From Octopus sinensis (Eukaryota), in NCBI RefSeq assembly GCF_006345805.1, contig NC_043006.1:4774001-4838000 (forward strand): a stretch of 64,000 nt of DNA, in the 5' to 3' direction. Below, piece by piece: positions 10,522-24,354 of this stretch (the first letter of the stretch is position 1; every line of letters begins with the position of its first letter). The notes under the pieces are model-generated. The model saw nothing but the letters and a program-made list of their open reading frames with translations. It was not told the origin of the DNA and did no database searches. A program made the translations under genes and the position numbers.

Positions 10522-10844
10522 TTCACGCTTATAAGCATCAAGATGCAACGCGCAGATGCAAGAGCCTTAACGGTGTCATTCAACCTGTTTGAAATAGAAG
10601 CTAAGAATTCCTCTAATCAAAGTCTATCATCTTAAAAAGAGAGCGGACACACTGGGTAGTGTAGTTCTAGATACACTATGGCTGAATAGAAGCTGGGACA
10701 GTTGCGGATGTAACGCCTTTGATCAAATAATCAGAAATGACTTGGGGTTAAGCCACGATATGGACATACATATATTAATGCGTCATTGTGAGTTGTTAAG
10801 TAGTGTGCATATTTCACATATGCATGCACACATAAATATATATG

Positions 10845-11230
10845 TGGAGGCGCAATGGCTCAGTGGTTAGGATAGCGGACTCGCGGTTGTAGGATCGCGG
10901 TTTCGATTCCTAGACCAGGCGTTGTGAGTGTTTATTGAGCGAAAAAACCTAAAAAGCTCCACGAGGCTCCAGCAGGGGTGGGGGTGGTGATCCCTGCTGT
11001 ACTCTTTCACCACAACTTTCTCTGACTCTTTCTTCCTGTTTCTGTTGTACCTGTATTTCAAAGGACCAGCCTTGTCACACTCTGTGTCATGCTGAATCTC
11101 CCTGAGAACTACGTTAAGGGGTACACGTGTCTATGGAGTGCTCAGCCACTTGCACGTTAATTTCACGAGCAGGCTGTTCCGTTGATTCGGATCAACCGGA
11201 ACCCTCGTCGTCGTAACCGACGGAGTGCCA
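10845..11230 (+). mobile_element. tRNA-derived SINE, family C (tail type 2)
   Basis: Same head and body as 9241-9548 up to CTCTTTCTTC, then a different tail ending GTCGTCGTAACCGACGGAGTGCCA. Confidence 0.88.
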
Positions 11231-11962
11231 CATATACATATGTATACACAAATAAATACATATGTATACACATATGTATTCATTTTTGTTGGTGAAAACA
11301 TTTACGATATTTTTTTTCATTAAAACGTGCAGTGAAGAAGAGTGCAGTAATGAATGAATGGATGTAAAACGAACAAAAATGCCGAAACAATGAAATAAGG
11401 GAAAAGAAAACCAGCAACTTTGTAGGGATTTTCTTAACCAGAAAACTAATTGGAGAAGAAATACAGGATGAGAACTGCTCCGCTTAACTTGACGACATAT
11501 TCATGATGTCAGAATGAGGTATCTATGCCAGCCATACTGAAATGGGGAACGGACGCGTTAGTTTAGCGGAATATCAAAATATTTCTTTATATTTTATTTA
11601 AAGAGAAACTACAGAAGGAGTATTTAAAAAAAAAAATTTCAGCGTTTTTATAAGAGATACTTGTGGGATGAAGTTCGAACTAAACTGATAGCAGTTGTAT
11701 TATAAAACATAATTGGAACAGAAATCAGTTCAGACGACCGAGAATAGCGAGCTAGTTTGTTTATCTATATTTGATTCTGGGGTCAGAGACGCTTGAGTTT
11801 TACGATTGAGATGCCAGGAAGTTTGAATGGATACCTTACTATTTAATGAATATTCTTCGGGATTGCAACTAACTATTCAACCAAGATTATTTCCACCCCA
11901 CTACCTTGATTGGAAGAAATGTAAATGATATGAGACAGTTGTCGACATTATAAAGTTAAAGA

Positions 11963-12045
11963 TAAGCTATCGTTAAACTTAATACGTTATAAGCTAGAGA
12001 TAAGGTACTAGTAAACTTAATACGTTATAAAGCTAGAGATAAGCC
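11963..12045. repeat. About 41-bp imperfect tandem duplication
   Basis: TAAACTTAATACGTTATAA(A)GCTAGAGATAAG occurs twice in tandem. Confidence 0.8.
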
Positions 12046-12130
12046 ACCGGTAAATTTTATAAGCAATTTTCGATTTGAAGCTACGAAAAAGACAAAATGG
12101 TTGAAGTGAAATTCTTTTTCCTTTCCTTAG

Positions 12131-12142
12131 AAAAACTCAAAG
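12131..12142 (+). other. Candidate 12-nt microexon (or the end of a short coding exon from ATG 12097)
   Basis: TTCTTTTTCCTTTCCTTAG|AAAAACTCAAAG|GTAAGT: strong polypyrimidine acceptor and consensus donor 12 nt apart. Confidence 0.3.
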
Positions 12143-12212
12143 GTAAGTTTATGTTCAGTCCGTACAACGATGTAAATTATATGCCAAAAGCTGTGGGGCT
12201 CCTCTCTACATA

Positions 12213-12343
<131 letters not shown>

Positions 12344-13464
12344 TGTGTCTGCCAGTGAACCCCCGATTTTTCTTATAAATGTTTTTGAAGTGAAGCGTTC
12401 AAAAATATTAGAACATTGAGAGGCTGATGATAACTGACATACTTGAAGATTTCGACTTCATTTGTGTCGCAATTCTGGCAGAGTCATCATTCTTAAAACT
12501 ATATTCCTCTGATTCTGTGAGTACTGCAAGCTAAAGAAAACAGTCAGTGATACTCCTGATTGCAATGGTGAATTTTATCACCTATTTATTAGTCATGACT
12601 ACTTACATCTAGATTGGCTGAGACCCTTAAAGCTAAGTGTCTTCTACAATAAGAACTATTAACCTGGCCATCGTTAAAGTGTAACAGAAAGCAATACTTT
12701 TTTGAGATGTTTTGAGTAAGAATAGTTTTCTGTTTAAACAGGAGGTGTCGAATGTTTTCTATTTAGGTTAGAAGCCACTTAAGATATCGAAAAATTTGTT
12801 CAACACACAAACCACATTAATATTCAAATGAAAATATCGTTAATAACATGTATAACAATAAGTTATTATAGATCAGAGACAAATTCTTTTCAGAAGCTTC
12901 TCTATTTTTTTTGTGTTTCCTTCCTGGATTTTCAGCCCACACATTCGTCAGCTTGCATGTACATTATTTATACAGGTGCACCGTGCTGTGAGTATATCGC
13001 TCTGTATCTGCGCCCTCTCCGATGCGCTGCTATTTTATTTTTTTCATAATTTTCTTTTCTCAGATGTATTTCTTTTTGTTCCTTCAGTCTCTCTCGCTAT
13101 CCTACTTATCGACTAGAATGCGATGTTCTCACGATGCTCTGTTTATTATTCTGAGGCCTGACGATTTACATTCAACAGACTTTTTACTAATGAATGCTGA
13201 ATCGTCAATATTGAGTTGCTAGCTTGTAGCCTACAACACTCTGCTTTAATTTACAAGAAACCACACTTCTATCCCCTTCCTCGTCTTCACTTTTCAAGTA
13301 AATATACTACAGCGAATGCAGGGGCAGTTTTTATGATGATAATTAACGCCTATTCTAAAGTGCAAAGAAAAATTTCACTATTAAAGCAAAGTTGTTGCGC
13401 AGTATTTAGTAATTCGTTTGAACTATATTATGTATGTATGTATGTATGTATGTATGTATGTATG

Positions 13465-13510
<46 letters not shown>

Positions 13511-13612
13511 TATATAGTTAATCCAAATAAGAAAACAAAAAAACACAACAACGCAAGGACGTGGAACAAATAAAGTATTATTGGACGCTCAGGAAAGAAG
13601 GGAAGAAGGAGG

Positions 13613-13647
13613 GTTTAACGTTTCGAGCGGAGCTCTTCGTCGGAAAC
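13613..13647 (-). ncRNA. Hammerhead-like motif in a short Penelope-type terminal-repeat remnant
   Basis: Minus strand GTTT|CCGACGA|A|GAGC-TCC-GCTC|GAAA|CGT|T|AAAC: 4-bp helix I, palindromic helix III ACGT, core U4>C. The remnant (about 13520-13730) is flanked by TA repeats. Confidence 0.45.
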
Positions 13648-13728
13648 ATAGGAGAAGGAAAGATCCCGAGAAGGGAAGACAGAGGAAAAAAAATCGCCAG
13701 TGGTACTCACGAGGTCACATACTGAAAG

Positions 13729-13761
<33 letters not shown>

Positions 13762-13923
13762 AAAATAAGCAATAAGGATATCCAAGGTAGTGTAGTACAA
13801 TCGTTTCATGCTACTTCATTTACTTAAACAATGTATTACATCAGTTTTAAAACGTAGAGCACTGTTCAGCCATATAGAGAATTTTTTTATTAAATAGACA
13901 ATGTTCATTTTTATACTTATATG

Positions 13924-13989
<66 letters not shown>

Positions 13990-14689
13990 CAATACACCAG
14001 TAATATAATTTTGAAAATATCTGGCACCAAACATAGCGCGATTCAAGCAAACTCTTTATTCTTTTGAAATAAATGACAAGCTATCATCTGTTATTTTGTG
14101 ATTTCATTCATCGCCATCTTGATCGTGATCATCATCGCGAATAGATTTTCCACGATCCAACAAGAAACTCACGTGTTTCATACGTAAAGACAGCGGAAGT
14201 AATAGTGATATTGATGATGATATTTGCTTCTAATTTTCCTAATATTTCTTTCATTAAGTTGCCATAAAAAACGAGGCTCTTGCGCAGCAGGAACGCCAGA
14301 GTACCAGACTAGATGTTCTACAGCATCTAGTTTCTTCCCACGAAGTTCTGACTCCAATTTCTTATGAGGCTCGGTTTTGTCTTTCTATCCTCTGGAATGG
14401 ATAAAAAAAAGTCCGAGTATATACCGGAGCCAATAAGATCGACAATTGAAAACTGAGAGTATTTGCCAACCTGGCTTATTTTATAATTTTATTATTTGTA
14501 ACATTTAAGTTCCTTCACATCAACAACACTTACAACTTCTTTAGAAACTTATGATTCTTCGAAAATCTGCACTTATTAGTTTTCATAGAATGTGGAGAGT
14601 AAATGGTGAAAGATTGCAGATGCGTTCCATCTTTGTCAGATTGCACCATTGCATTGATGCACGTCTCTAACTAACATTTGATCTACTCT

Positions 14690-16060
14690 GGTATACCTCA
14701 AGACCCGATCTTGCCCTCGATACTTTCCTTCTGATACATCAACGACCAAATTGTCGTAACCTTAACAACCATTCCTACTCAGATGATATCATTATTTATT
14801 CCTTCCTAATCTTCTTCACCTAAGGCCCATCCACGTGCAATCTAAACACTTTACTTCAAATTTCCACTAACTCCATTACGTCCAAGAGCACCATGCCAAT
14901 CCTGTCTCCTTTGACAGTTCAAAGACACAATATAAGTATCAAAAACGAGAAAAAAAACCATTTGAACACCACCTCAAACATCTTGGACATTGAAAGAAAA
15001 TTGAAATGGTTCCAAATGGAGGATTTAAACTGATTCACTGGGGATGAAAATTCATATTCATTTGTTTCAGTTTTAGAAGCTCAGAGCTTCCTATTGTCAT
15101 TAAATCTAGATTTATATATTCGTGGATTTCATTAGCAGAGAATAATGTTACCTTATGCAAAAAAAAAAAAAACTTTGAACAAAACAGTGAGATTTTACTT
15201 TTAAGGATGAGAAAAAGTATATTTAGATAAACATAATAAAACGGTACCTGAACGATTATTCCTTTATAAGACGGTCGAGAGCTGATAACAGGAATTTTCA
15301 AGACCAGATACTTTCATTGGTTATCAACTTTATTGGTCAATAAGATTCAGCATTTTTTCCCAAAACCTAGCCTAACCTCAGACTCCCCACTCGGAAAGAC
15401 GAGACACATTATTATCAGCATTGTGTCTATTGTATAAATATCAATCAATTTAACTTGTTGGGATTATATCTTTGCTCGATGATTTTAGATTATACCTATC
15501 AGATCCAGTGATTGCTTGGATAACTTCGATTAATCAAAGTTTTTCAATTCAGTATATTACATATGCAACTCCACCCTACTAACACTTAGAAATTTGACGG
15601 TATAACTCAAATATTTACTGGAGTGGACTACTGTAGCACCCCCACCCCATGTACACGAAAATTAAACCCGCTCCTCTTCTCTAACATTTGTATACTCCGA
15701 TCCAACCTAGATACATCCTTTCTAACATACACCCAAGCCACCATTCTCCCCCTTTTTCTTTGTCCATTTCCGGAAAAAAGCTCTGTCTTCAAGTTGCACT
15801 ATGAAAAATTATGTCTAAACATACATAAATTCTAATCTCCTCGCCTACCATTCACCTCTCTCACCTAGATATTAGCAACAAAGTCATCCACTTACTTCAG
15901 ATCAATATTTTTCTCTCTTGCTCCTCCAAATACATCACCTTCCTCTACTTCGCTTCGAAGTTTCCAACGAATAACAGCACTTCGAACATAGCTTTATCCC
16001 AGTGACAGATATCTCTCTGAATTCACCCTTCTCTGATACACTTGTCCTCGCTTACTTAAC
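14690..16060 (+). mobile_element. Highly decayed CR1-group LINE RT relic
   Basis: Broken translations GIPQDPILPS..YIND (GVPQGS..YIND), HSYSDD (YADD), (M)DYCS at 15623 and HFEHSFIPVT..LNS near 15985, in the expected order. Confidence 0.55.
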
Positions 16061-16471
16061 GCTTTTATTTATGAATTGCTTAGTTCAAAATCCCACGAAG
16101 CAATTTGGAACTAGTATCGGAAACAACGGAAATTCTCCCAAATTCTGCACTATATCACTACTCACAGTACTTCCTCAACTCCATTACGGTACATGTTTAT
16201 GTCTACGTTGGTTGGACAACTGAAATTCAAGAGTTGTTAATAACGACACAGTGCAAATCGGCCAATGTTAATAATATTCTATTGACATCGCCAAATGGTT
16301 AATACTAATAGTTTGTGGTTTTGGTTGTACAGGATGGTCAATTACTGACCGTCCTGAAAATCGGGTTGCAAACAACACATTATTTAAGATCGACTTTGCC
16401 AAACAGTTCCTTGGAATATGATTTAAGCACAATCTTCCACTATAAACAGCAGTACTATGACGGGAAAATTA

Positions 16472-16826
16472 GGGCGGCGAGTTAGCAGAACCGTTCGGAC
16501 GCCGGGCAAAACGCTTAGCGGCATTTCGACTGTCTTTATGTTCTGAATTTAAATTCTTCCGAGATCGACTTTGCCTTTTATCCTTTCGGGGTCGATAAAA
16601 TAAGTACCCGTCCAGCACTGGGGTCGATATAATCGACTTAATCCGTTTGTCTCTTCTTGTTTGTCCTCTCTGAGTTTAGCCCCTTGTGGGTAGTAAAGAA
16701 ATACGTATTTCGACTGTCTTTACATTCTGTGTTTAAATTCTTGACCCGTCGAGCACTGGGGTCAATGTAATCGAGTAGCCTCCTCATCCAAATTTCAGGC
16801 CTTGTTCCTATTGTAGAAAGGGTTAT
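16472..16826 (+). mobile_element. SINE family B dimer (full unit + head-less unit with the alternative tail)
   Basis: GGCGGCGAG head; body GATCGACTTTGCCTTTTATCCTTTCGGGGTCGATAAAA; junction AAAGAAATAC|GTATTTCG at 16704/16705. Confidence 0.8.
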
Positions 16827-17184
16827 TACATAAGAATTAGAATCTAATACCATCTGGCTCGTCACAGCAATTAAAGTAGTTGTGTATATTATTTTTCTAT
16901 GATTAAATTAAACACCGAACTTATATTTGTGATGAAAACACTCGTTAGAAATCGTCTATTCTTCAGTCGCTGGCAAAATAAAGCATAAACTTGTAGTAAT
17001 CTCATACAAAAGAATAAGTTATTTCAGTAACAAAGCAAATATTTAGTTAACCTTATATTGGAATTTCGTCTTTTATTGTTGAGGTAGAAATAAATATAAC
17101 CTTTACAATCAGAAAGCAACGAACTCCAAGTGAGCATCAGCAGCAGAAAGAAGACATTGAAATTTACTGGAGAAAGATATTGGT

Positions 17185-17393
17185 ATTTCAAATTTTGGCG
17201 CAAGACCAGTAATTTAGGAGGAGCGGGTAAGTCGATTACATCGAGCCTAGTGCTCAACTGGTACTTATTTTATTGGCTTCGAAAAGATGAAAGGCAAAGT
17301 CGACCTCGGCGGAATTTGAACTCAGAACGTAAAGACGGACGGAATTCTGCTAAGCATTTTGCTCGGCGTGCTAACGATTCTGCCAGTTTACCC
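17185..17393 (-). mobile_element. SINE family B monomer (tail i)
   Basis: Reverse complement of the family-B head and body, ending CTTGCGCCAAAATTTGAAATACC. Confidence 0.8.
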
Positions 17394-17396
17394 CAG

Positions 17397-17813
17397 CTAT
17401 TTCTTTATTACCCACAAGGGGCTAAACACAGAGAGGACAAACAAGGACAGACAAACGGATTAAGTCGATTACATCGACCCCCAGTGCGTAACTGGTACTT
17501 ATTTAATCGACCCCGAAAGGATGAAAGGCAAAGTCGACCTCGGCGGATTTTGAACTCAGAATGTAACTGCAGGCGAAATACCTATTTCTTTATTAACCAC
17601 AAGGGGCTAAACACAGAGAGGACAAACAAGGACAGACAAACGGATTAAGTCGTTTATATCGACCACGTTGCGTAACTGGTACTTATTTTATTGGCTTCGA
17701 AAAGATGAAAGGCAAAGTCGACCTCGGTGGAATTTGAACTCAGAACGTAACGACAGACGAAATACGGCTACGCACTTTGCCCGGCGTGCTAACATTTCTG
17801 CCAGCTCGCCGCT
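17397..17813 (-). mobile_element. SINE family B dimer
   Basis: Full unit 17582-17813 plus head-less unit 17397-17581; junction GAAATAC|CTATTTC. Confidence 0.88.
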
Positions 17814-18391
17814 TTTAAAGAAGTAAACTAAACCGTTATGGTTATTGTGCTCAAGTTTTGAATTTGATAGTAATTAAAATATATCTAAGAAAATAGGCAC
17901 TTCATAATACATATTTTTGATAGTGTACCCTTTGGTCTTCCGTAAAACTGCTAATGAACTTATTGATGGCAAACAATAACAAACACAGGTGCCTAATGTG
18001 GCTATGTCACACCGCGGGAGGGTGTGCTTGAATAAAGAAGTAAAAACTGAGAGACATGAAAATAGAAGAGTTTATTGACCAATGTGGAGGAAGAAATGAA
18101 GAAAGAAGAGGGGAAGAAAAAGGGAGGAGAGAGAGAAAGTGGGAGGCAGGGACGATGAAATGACTTAGTATAGGAAATTAGTGGTTGATGATGATGATGT
18201 GCAAAAGAGCAGACATAGACAGATTTCCACAATCCAACAAGTACACACATTTATATAGGATAAGAAGACAAATAAATAACCGTTCCATTGCACGTGTACA
18301 CATAAACACACACACACATAGTAGCAGCAGCAGCAGTTTCTTTATTTTCTTTTGATAAATTTGTGTCATATATACGTAGATAAATGTGTGC

Positions 18392-18432
<41 letters not shown>

Positions 18433-18479
18433 TAAATGTATGTATGTGTGAGTGTGTGTGTGTGTATATATATACATTA

Positions 18480-18682
18480 TACTCTTTTACTCTTTTACTT
18501 GTTTCAGTCATTTCACTGTGGCCATGCTGGAGCACCGCCTTTAGTCGAGCAAATTGATCCCTGGACTTATTCTTTGTAAGCCTAGTACTTATTCTATCGG
18601 GCTCTTTTGCCGAACCGCTAAGTTACGGGGACGTAAACACACCAGCATCGGTTTTCAAGCGATGCTGGGGGGACAAACAAAG

Positions 18683-18729
<47 letters not shown>

Positions 18730-18841
18730 TATACGACGGGTTTCTTTCAGTTTCCGTCTACCAAATCCACTCGCAGTGGGACTGAACCCGGAACCATGTG
18801 GTTGGTAAGCAAGCTACTTACCACACACCCACTCCTACGCC

Positions 18842-18842
<1 letters not shown>
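18480..18842 (-). mobile_element. SINE family A with an internal deletion
   Basis: Matches 7991-8412 but joins CCACTC directly to GCAGTGGG, losing the ACAAGGCTTTGG...GGTGCCAC segment. Confidence 0.88.
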
Positions 18843-18876
<34 letters not shown>

Positions 18877-19369
18877 GGATTTGAAAAGCCCACTCGGTTG
18901 GGAGAAAGCGCTAATCCGAATGATATGATCTGAATGATATGATATATATGTAAAAAATGTAATATATAAATAAATATCTATAAATATGAACCATCCGATC
19001 TGATTACCTCATTTTTTCTAATATATATATATATACATATTGTTCTCTCACACATACTCTGAAATACATGAATATTCATATACACTTTAGATACGTAGGT
19101 TCATCCATGCATTCATATATACATGTTTGCGTGTGTGTGTGTCTTTATATCTCACTCACAGAGAAATACATAAATCCATGGTTGCACCTTTAAATATTGA
19201 ATGCTTTATACGTAAAAAAGAACAGAATCCAAAGGTACTTACCTTATCGATAAAGTAAGATGAGGAAGGAAGGAAGGGGGCAAAGTTGACTCCCAGCAGA
19301 ATTTGAACTCAGAACGTAGAGATGAACGAAGTATTCTGCCAGCTCGTCTCTTCTCTGCATCTATATATT

Positions 19370-19580
19370 GGTTTCAAAAGTTGGCATCAGGCCAGTAATT
19401 TCGGGGGAGGGGGTAAATCAATTATATCGACCTCAGTGTTCAACTGGTATTTATTTTATCGACCCTGAAAGGATGAAAGGCAAAGTCGACCTCGGCGGAA
19501 TTTGAACTCAGAACGTACACGGACGAAATGCCTCTAAGCATTTTGCCGGCGTGCTAACGATTGTGCCAGCTCGCCGCCTT
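19370..19580 (-). mobile_element. SINE family B monomer (tail i) with a probable TSD
   Basis: Family-B sequence; CATCTATATATT at 19358-19369 and 19589-19600. An older head fragment lies at about 19280-19350. Confidence 0.85.
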
Positions 19581-20110
19581 AAAATCAACATCTATATATT
19601 AATACCTGAAACAACACAGGTAGTATTGCATATGCAAACATGCAATTTCATCCAACTCGGAACTTACATAACTACACTTTGGGTGTATCAGTATTAGGAA
19701 AAGGCGAAGGGAAAAGGTTTATGCAAATCCGAAAGAGGGAGATGTACCGTGAACGAGAAGGATGTGTTTGTCTTTTGTTGTGTTTCATGGAGTGGGATGC
19801 CACGTCGTGTAAGGAAGCATCCGATACTATAAGGGGGTCATTAGAGCGGGCACAACACCAGAAACCTTTCAAATAACAGCACTCTAGCCTCCAACCATAC
19901 ACAACCAAATGAGAACTTACTACATATTGTATGCCTACCAATACACTACATCCATCGCCAACCCTAAAACTTCTCTAGAACACGAAGAAAACCAATCCAG
20001 CTCTGTGTGCCAAGTGCATGTCCTTGATATGATTCGAATTTTCTTCACACACTTTATGATATGGGAAATAATCTGGTTATACAATCATATCGCATTATTC
20101 TGGTTTCCTA

Positions 20111-20325
20111 AAGGCGGCGACCTGGCAAAATCGCAAGCTCACCGGTCAAAATGATTAGCGGCATTTCACCCGTCTATACGTTCTGAGTTACAATTCCGCC
20201 GAGGTTGACTTTGTGTTTCATTCCTTCGGCTCGATAGAATAAGTGCCAGTTGAATACGGGGGTCAATGGAGCCGACTAACTTCTCCCCCTAAATTTGCTG
20301 GCCCTGTGCCAAAATCTGAAACCAA
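20111..20325 (+). mobile_element. SINE family B monomer, diverged (tail i)
   Basis: AAGGCGGCGA head; GTTCTGAGTTACAATTCCGCCGAGGTTGACTTTG body; GGCCCTGTGCCAAAATCTGAAACC tail. Confidence 0.8.
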
Positions 20326-20394
20326 GATTTTGGTTTCGCAAGCTAATTTTAGTTTTGTTTGCTCGATGGTATGCAATATTTTTGTATTTTGTAG

Positions 20395-20480
20395 GAAGGG
20401 AATCGCAAAGTATTGCAATTGAAGACGTGAAGCAAATGGAAAAGATTCTGGAAGGTATTAACGATATATTAATAAATGAC
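20395..20480 (+). CDS. Candidate coding exon of an unidentified host gene
   Basis: TTTTGTATTTTGTAG|...AATGAC|GTATGT; only one frame is open: (G)RESQSIAIEDVKQMEKILEGINDILIND. No homology recognised. Confidence 0.3.
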
Positions 20481-20999
20481 GTATGTCAGTCGTTTTTTAT
20501 TTAATAATTGATGCCCTCCATATACTATAGATCGCATGGATATAAGATACGTATTCTTTGTACGTATTGGAAATTAATTGTATAGGTGTGTTATAATTTT
20601 TATTGTAATTATCGATCTGTGTATTAAGTCAGAATTCTGTTGTGTGTGTGTGTGTGTGTGTGCGTGTGTGTGCGTGCGTGTGTGTGTGTGTGGTTAAAGC
20701 TGGCCCGTCTGAAATGATATGAAATGAATCTTATGCATGCTAGCCTTGTGAAGATAATTTAAGGGATATTTGTGAGACGCTGCTTCGAAAGCAATTGTTC
20801 GCCAGTTTTCAGAGAGTTCTGTTTTTTTTTTCTAATGATATAATGTGTTAAAAATTTCTGTTGCAAGAAGTAACATGGACACACGTCTTTGCATCACAGA
20901 CACCTCCTTCTAAATTTTATAATCATATTACTAAGTAATTCTTTATATAATCTGAGAGATGAAATGCTAATCTTTCTTCGGTACAACTGGAAGTAAAAT

Positions 21000-23760
21000 C
21001 CAACAATCTACTATTTTGCGCAGCCATTTAGGTCAGTATAATCTCATTGTCAGTAAACCCTCAAAATAACGTATTCAAAAATGTTAACTGTAGCATGTGT
21101 CAGATTAACAATTATAATTCTTTTTGTCATCTAATCTCAAAACTACAGAAAATACGATTTGTTTTTCCAGTCGAGCATCCCAACTCCATTACGAATTCCT
21201 CTTTAATGGGTTAAATAAATATATTTAACAAACCCCGCGGTTCAAAATCCTAACCTGGTCTCCTCTAGCGGAGAAATCTCTTTTGAAAATATTGAGATTA
21301 GACTTTCGGTTAGAGGATAGCACAATTCCTTGATGCATCAAGTTTATGTTATCTCTTTGAGTATTAATGGCACCAAATCAAATGAATTACGGAGGTTTAA
21401 GTGTTAAGATTTTCCCCAGTTGGTACACATCGGAAGATAGAATAGGCCCGATCCCGTGAGTGACACGTGAAGCTTCCCTAACCCTATCTACGGCATAAAG
21501 TACAAGATAACACACTACAAGTCCACTTGACGCACAACACTTCATATCTCTCTGACCTTGTACTTCAAGTTATCTAACTAGTAGAAACATTTCCAGTTCT
21601 ACACTAACTATTCCTGGTAGAATGTGCTTTAAAGAACTGTAAAAATATTACTTCCTTTACGAACAGGGTAACTTTCACCCATTACCGAAACTTCCCAAAT
21701 ACAATTATTCGAAAAGTAAAAACTTACTTTGGGCATCCTACAACCTCCCATTAAGCTTTCACACCACTAAAATTACAACTGGCCCTTTGGATCCCTAACT
21801 TGTCAAAGATGTTTGGGATCCAAACATACTACAGATGATTGAAGCTGTCGTTAATAATCACCTCGAGTCCTTCCTTCTCTCGGTGACCGCAAGTATCGCT
21901 TATAGAAATCTCAATCTACCGAGAACTTGATCTCTTACATTTCCTCACTTATTACTCTTTGACTTTTTTACTTGTTTCAGTCATTTGACTGCGGCCACGC
22001 TGGAGCACCACTTTTAGTCGAGCAAATTGACCCCAGGACTTATTCTTTGTAAGTCTAGTACTTATTCTATCGGTCTCTTTTGCCGAACCGCTAAGTTACG
22101 GGGACGTAAACACGCCAGCATTGGTTGTCAAGCGATATTGGGGTTACAAACACAGAAAAACAAACATATACACACACACATACATACATACATATATATA
22201 TATACATATATGCGACGGGCTTCTTTCAGTTTCCGTCTACCAAATCCACTCACAAGGCTTTGGTTGGCCCGAAGCTATAGTAGAAGACACTTGCCCAAGG
22301 TGTGACGCAGTGGACTGATGTCAAGATGAGCTGCTCCGAGCTACCCTGCTGCTTCTGTGTTCCTCCATCTCTCATATCTTGCACGGAAAGCTTCCCGTTG
22401 CATCTCATTACGGAAGCATCTGGTGGTGGATGATTTGATCCCGGCTTTATCAATTCTGATGCACTAGAGTATGTCCCCTACATTTTCCTCCTCTTCATTA
22501 ACGACTAAACTGTCGCCTCAAAGGACACTCGCTCGTATACACTCTCACACTCCTGCTTAACCTTCCGCACTCAAGTGTCAGACATGTCGCCAAAAAGATA
22601 CAATCATTGCTCATCTCAAAGAGACAACCTTGTACCTTACTCAAAGAGGACATATGACGAAAACCCTAAAAGTAGTGACAAGGAATCTTCATGGTAATAC
22701 CATAAACGTCCTATAACTAACTTTGTATCCCACAGCCTTCCTCTTCCGGATCAGAAAGCACTTCAGCTCCGATCAATTTCTGGCTCCTAAAGTAACGCCG
22801 TCTCGCATTTTAAACGACGTTGCTGTTGCCCATATAACTGCACTTCATCATATCCAAGGTTGTCAAAATGATTGCCAAATATCAACCATGAACACTACAA
22901 ACTCTGTCTAACCAACAGATGTGCTAACCCACCTCTCTTTCTGTCTGTCTGTCTACTTATTCAATTAGTACACAGTCTATGTTCCCTTGAACTAGATACT
23001 TGGAAACCACTCTTCTCGGGACCAGGTTTCTCACCCAGTTTTCTTCCCAGCTTCATCCTATTCTCTCTCAAATAATAAGCGCTTCACTAATCTCATCGTC
23101 TAATCACCCTTTCTCCTAAAACGTCAACTCCAGAGCTCCACTTCTAGTCTATTGTTTTTCTAGAGATGCTCAGTTTGTTCTATCCCCCATACTATTTTTG
23201 CTACGGATTTCGAAGAGTGTGAAAAGGTCATGGGCAGAGCTCTTCTTGGAGATGAAGTCATAAAAGAAGTTTCCTGCAATGATATTAAGTTCTTCCTTTT
23301 CGAAATTGTTAAATATGTAGAAAATTTAAAGAATAAAGAGATTTATTTTTGATTTGTGGATAAAAGAAAATAGTAATACTTGTACTTGACTTCGATGATC
23401 CACTTGGATAGGTTTTCCCAGAACCTGTTTACTGTGAAGATTTTGCGTTGAATGTAATGTCTAAACGGATTCTGTTTTAAGAATTTGGAAGAAACTTTCC
23501 ATGTTCCTGTGTAGAATTGAAGATAGCATTATTAACGAAACCTTGATTAGGCTGAAAGCATTTATTATTGTCATTAATTACGGTGAGATATCAGTTCGTT
23601 GCAACAACATTGAATGGATTATTAAAAGTTGTCTCGTGACCAAGGGTTTCGAACTATTGATTCTTTCGCTGGTGGGCATCCTATCGATTCGGCCAGGTGC
23701 GCCTGTCTGAGGTAAAATCCCGAGAGGAAGTTTTATTACTTAAACCCGTGTCACTGTGAA
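21000..23760 (-). mobile_element. Very decayed L1/Tx1-like LINE fragments, interrupted by a SINE
   Basis: Minus-strand remnants such as EELNIIAGNF (IIAGDF endonuclease motif, about 23270) and LDRV (about 22910); many stops. Boundaries approximate. Confidence 0.3.
21950..22318 (-). mobile_element. SINE family A, head truncated
   Basis: Matches the tail and body of 7991-8412; similarity ends at GCAGTGGACTGA. Confidence 0.88.
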
Positions 23761-24354
23761 AAACGTGTTAACAGAGGAAGGAGAAGAATCAAAGAAGAAG
23801 CAAAAGATAATGCTATAAATAAGACTTAATAGTAGTAAGGTGTAGTTATTGAATCGTAACGACATACATTGACACGCACACACACACACACACACACTTT
23901 CGTATATTCTTAACGTTCCCTAGAAGCTGGCTTATCAGATCAGCTGGAGATGGTCGACAAAGGAGGGTTACAGGGGAGGGACTGGAAATCTTCTCATAGA
24001 CAATATTTTCCTTCCTCATGGGTGGATTTTAGGGAGGAGTTTTCTCATTTGGGCGGGACAATTGACTGCGGTATAGTTTCACTATTTTTATGGCACCTCA
24101 TAGCTTTTGGTTTAACTGAGTACCGATGGTTTGCCTTCAGGATTTCCAACAACAGCTGGTTTCTGGGCAGCATTTGTCGATACTCACACGCGTACTACAT
24201 ACGCATACATGCATACCCTAGATACATACACGTACACACATATCCTACATACACACAGTTAGTGTACACATATGTTGGTTGGCTTGTATGCAGGCACGTC
24301 TGTCAATGTGTATGCCCATGCATGTATATGTGTAGTTATATGTACAAGTCTTAT

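Noticed and set aside
9241-11230. tRNA-like heads as true tRNA genes
   Set aside because: Acceptor stems are incomplete and the heads continue into SINE bodies present in multiple copies.
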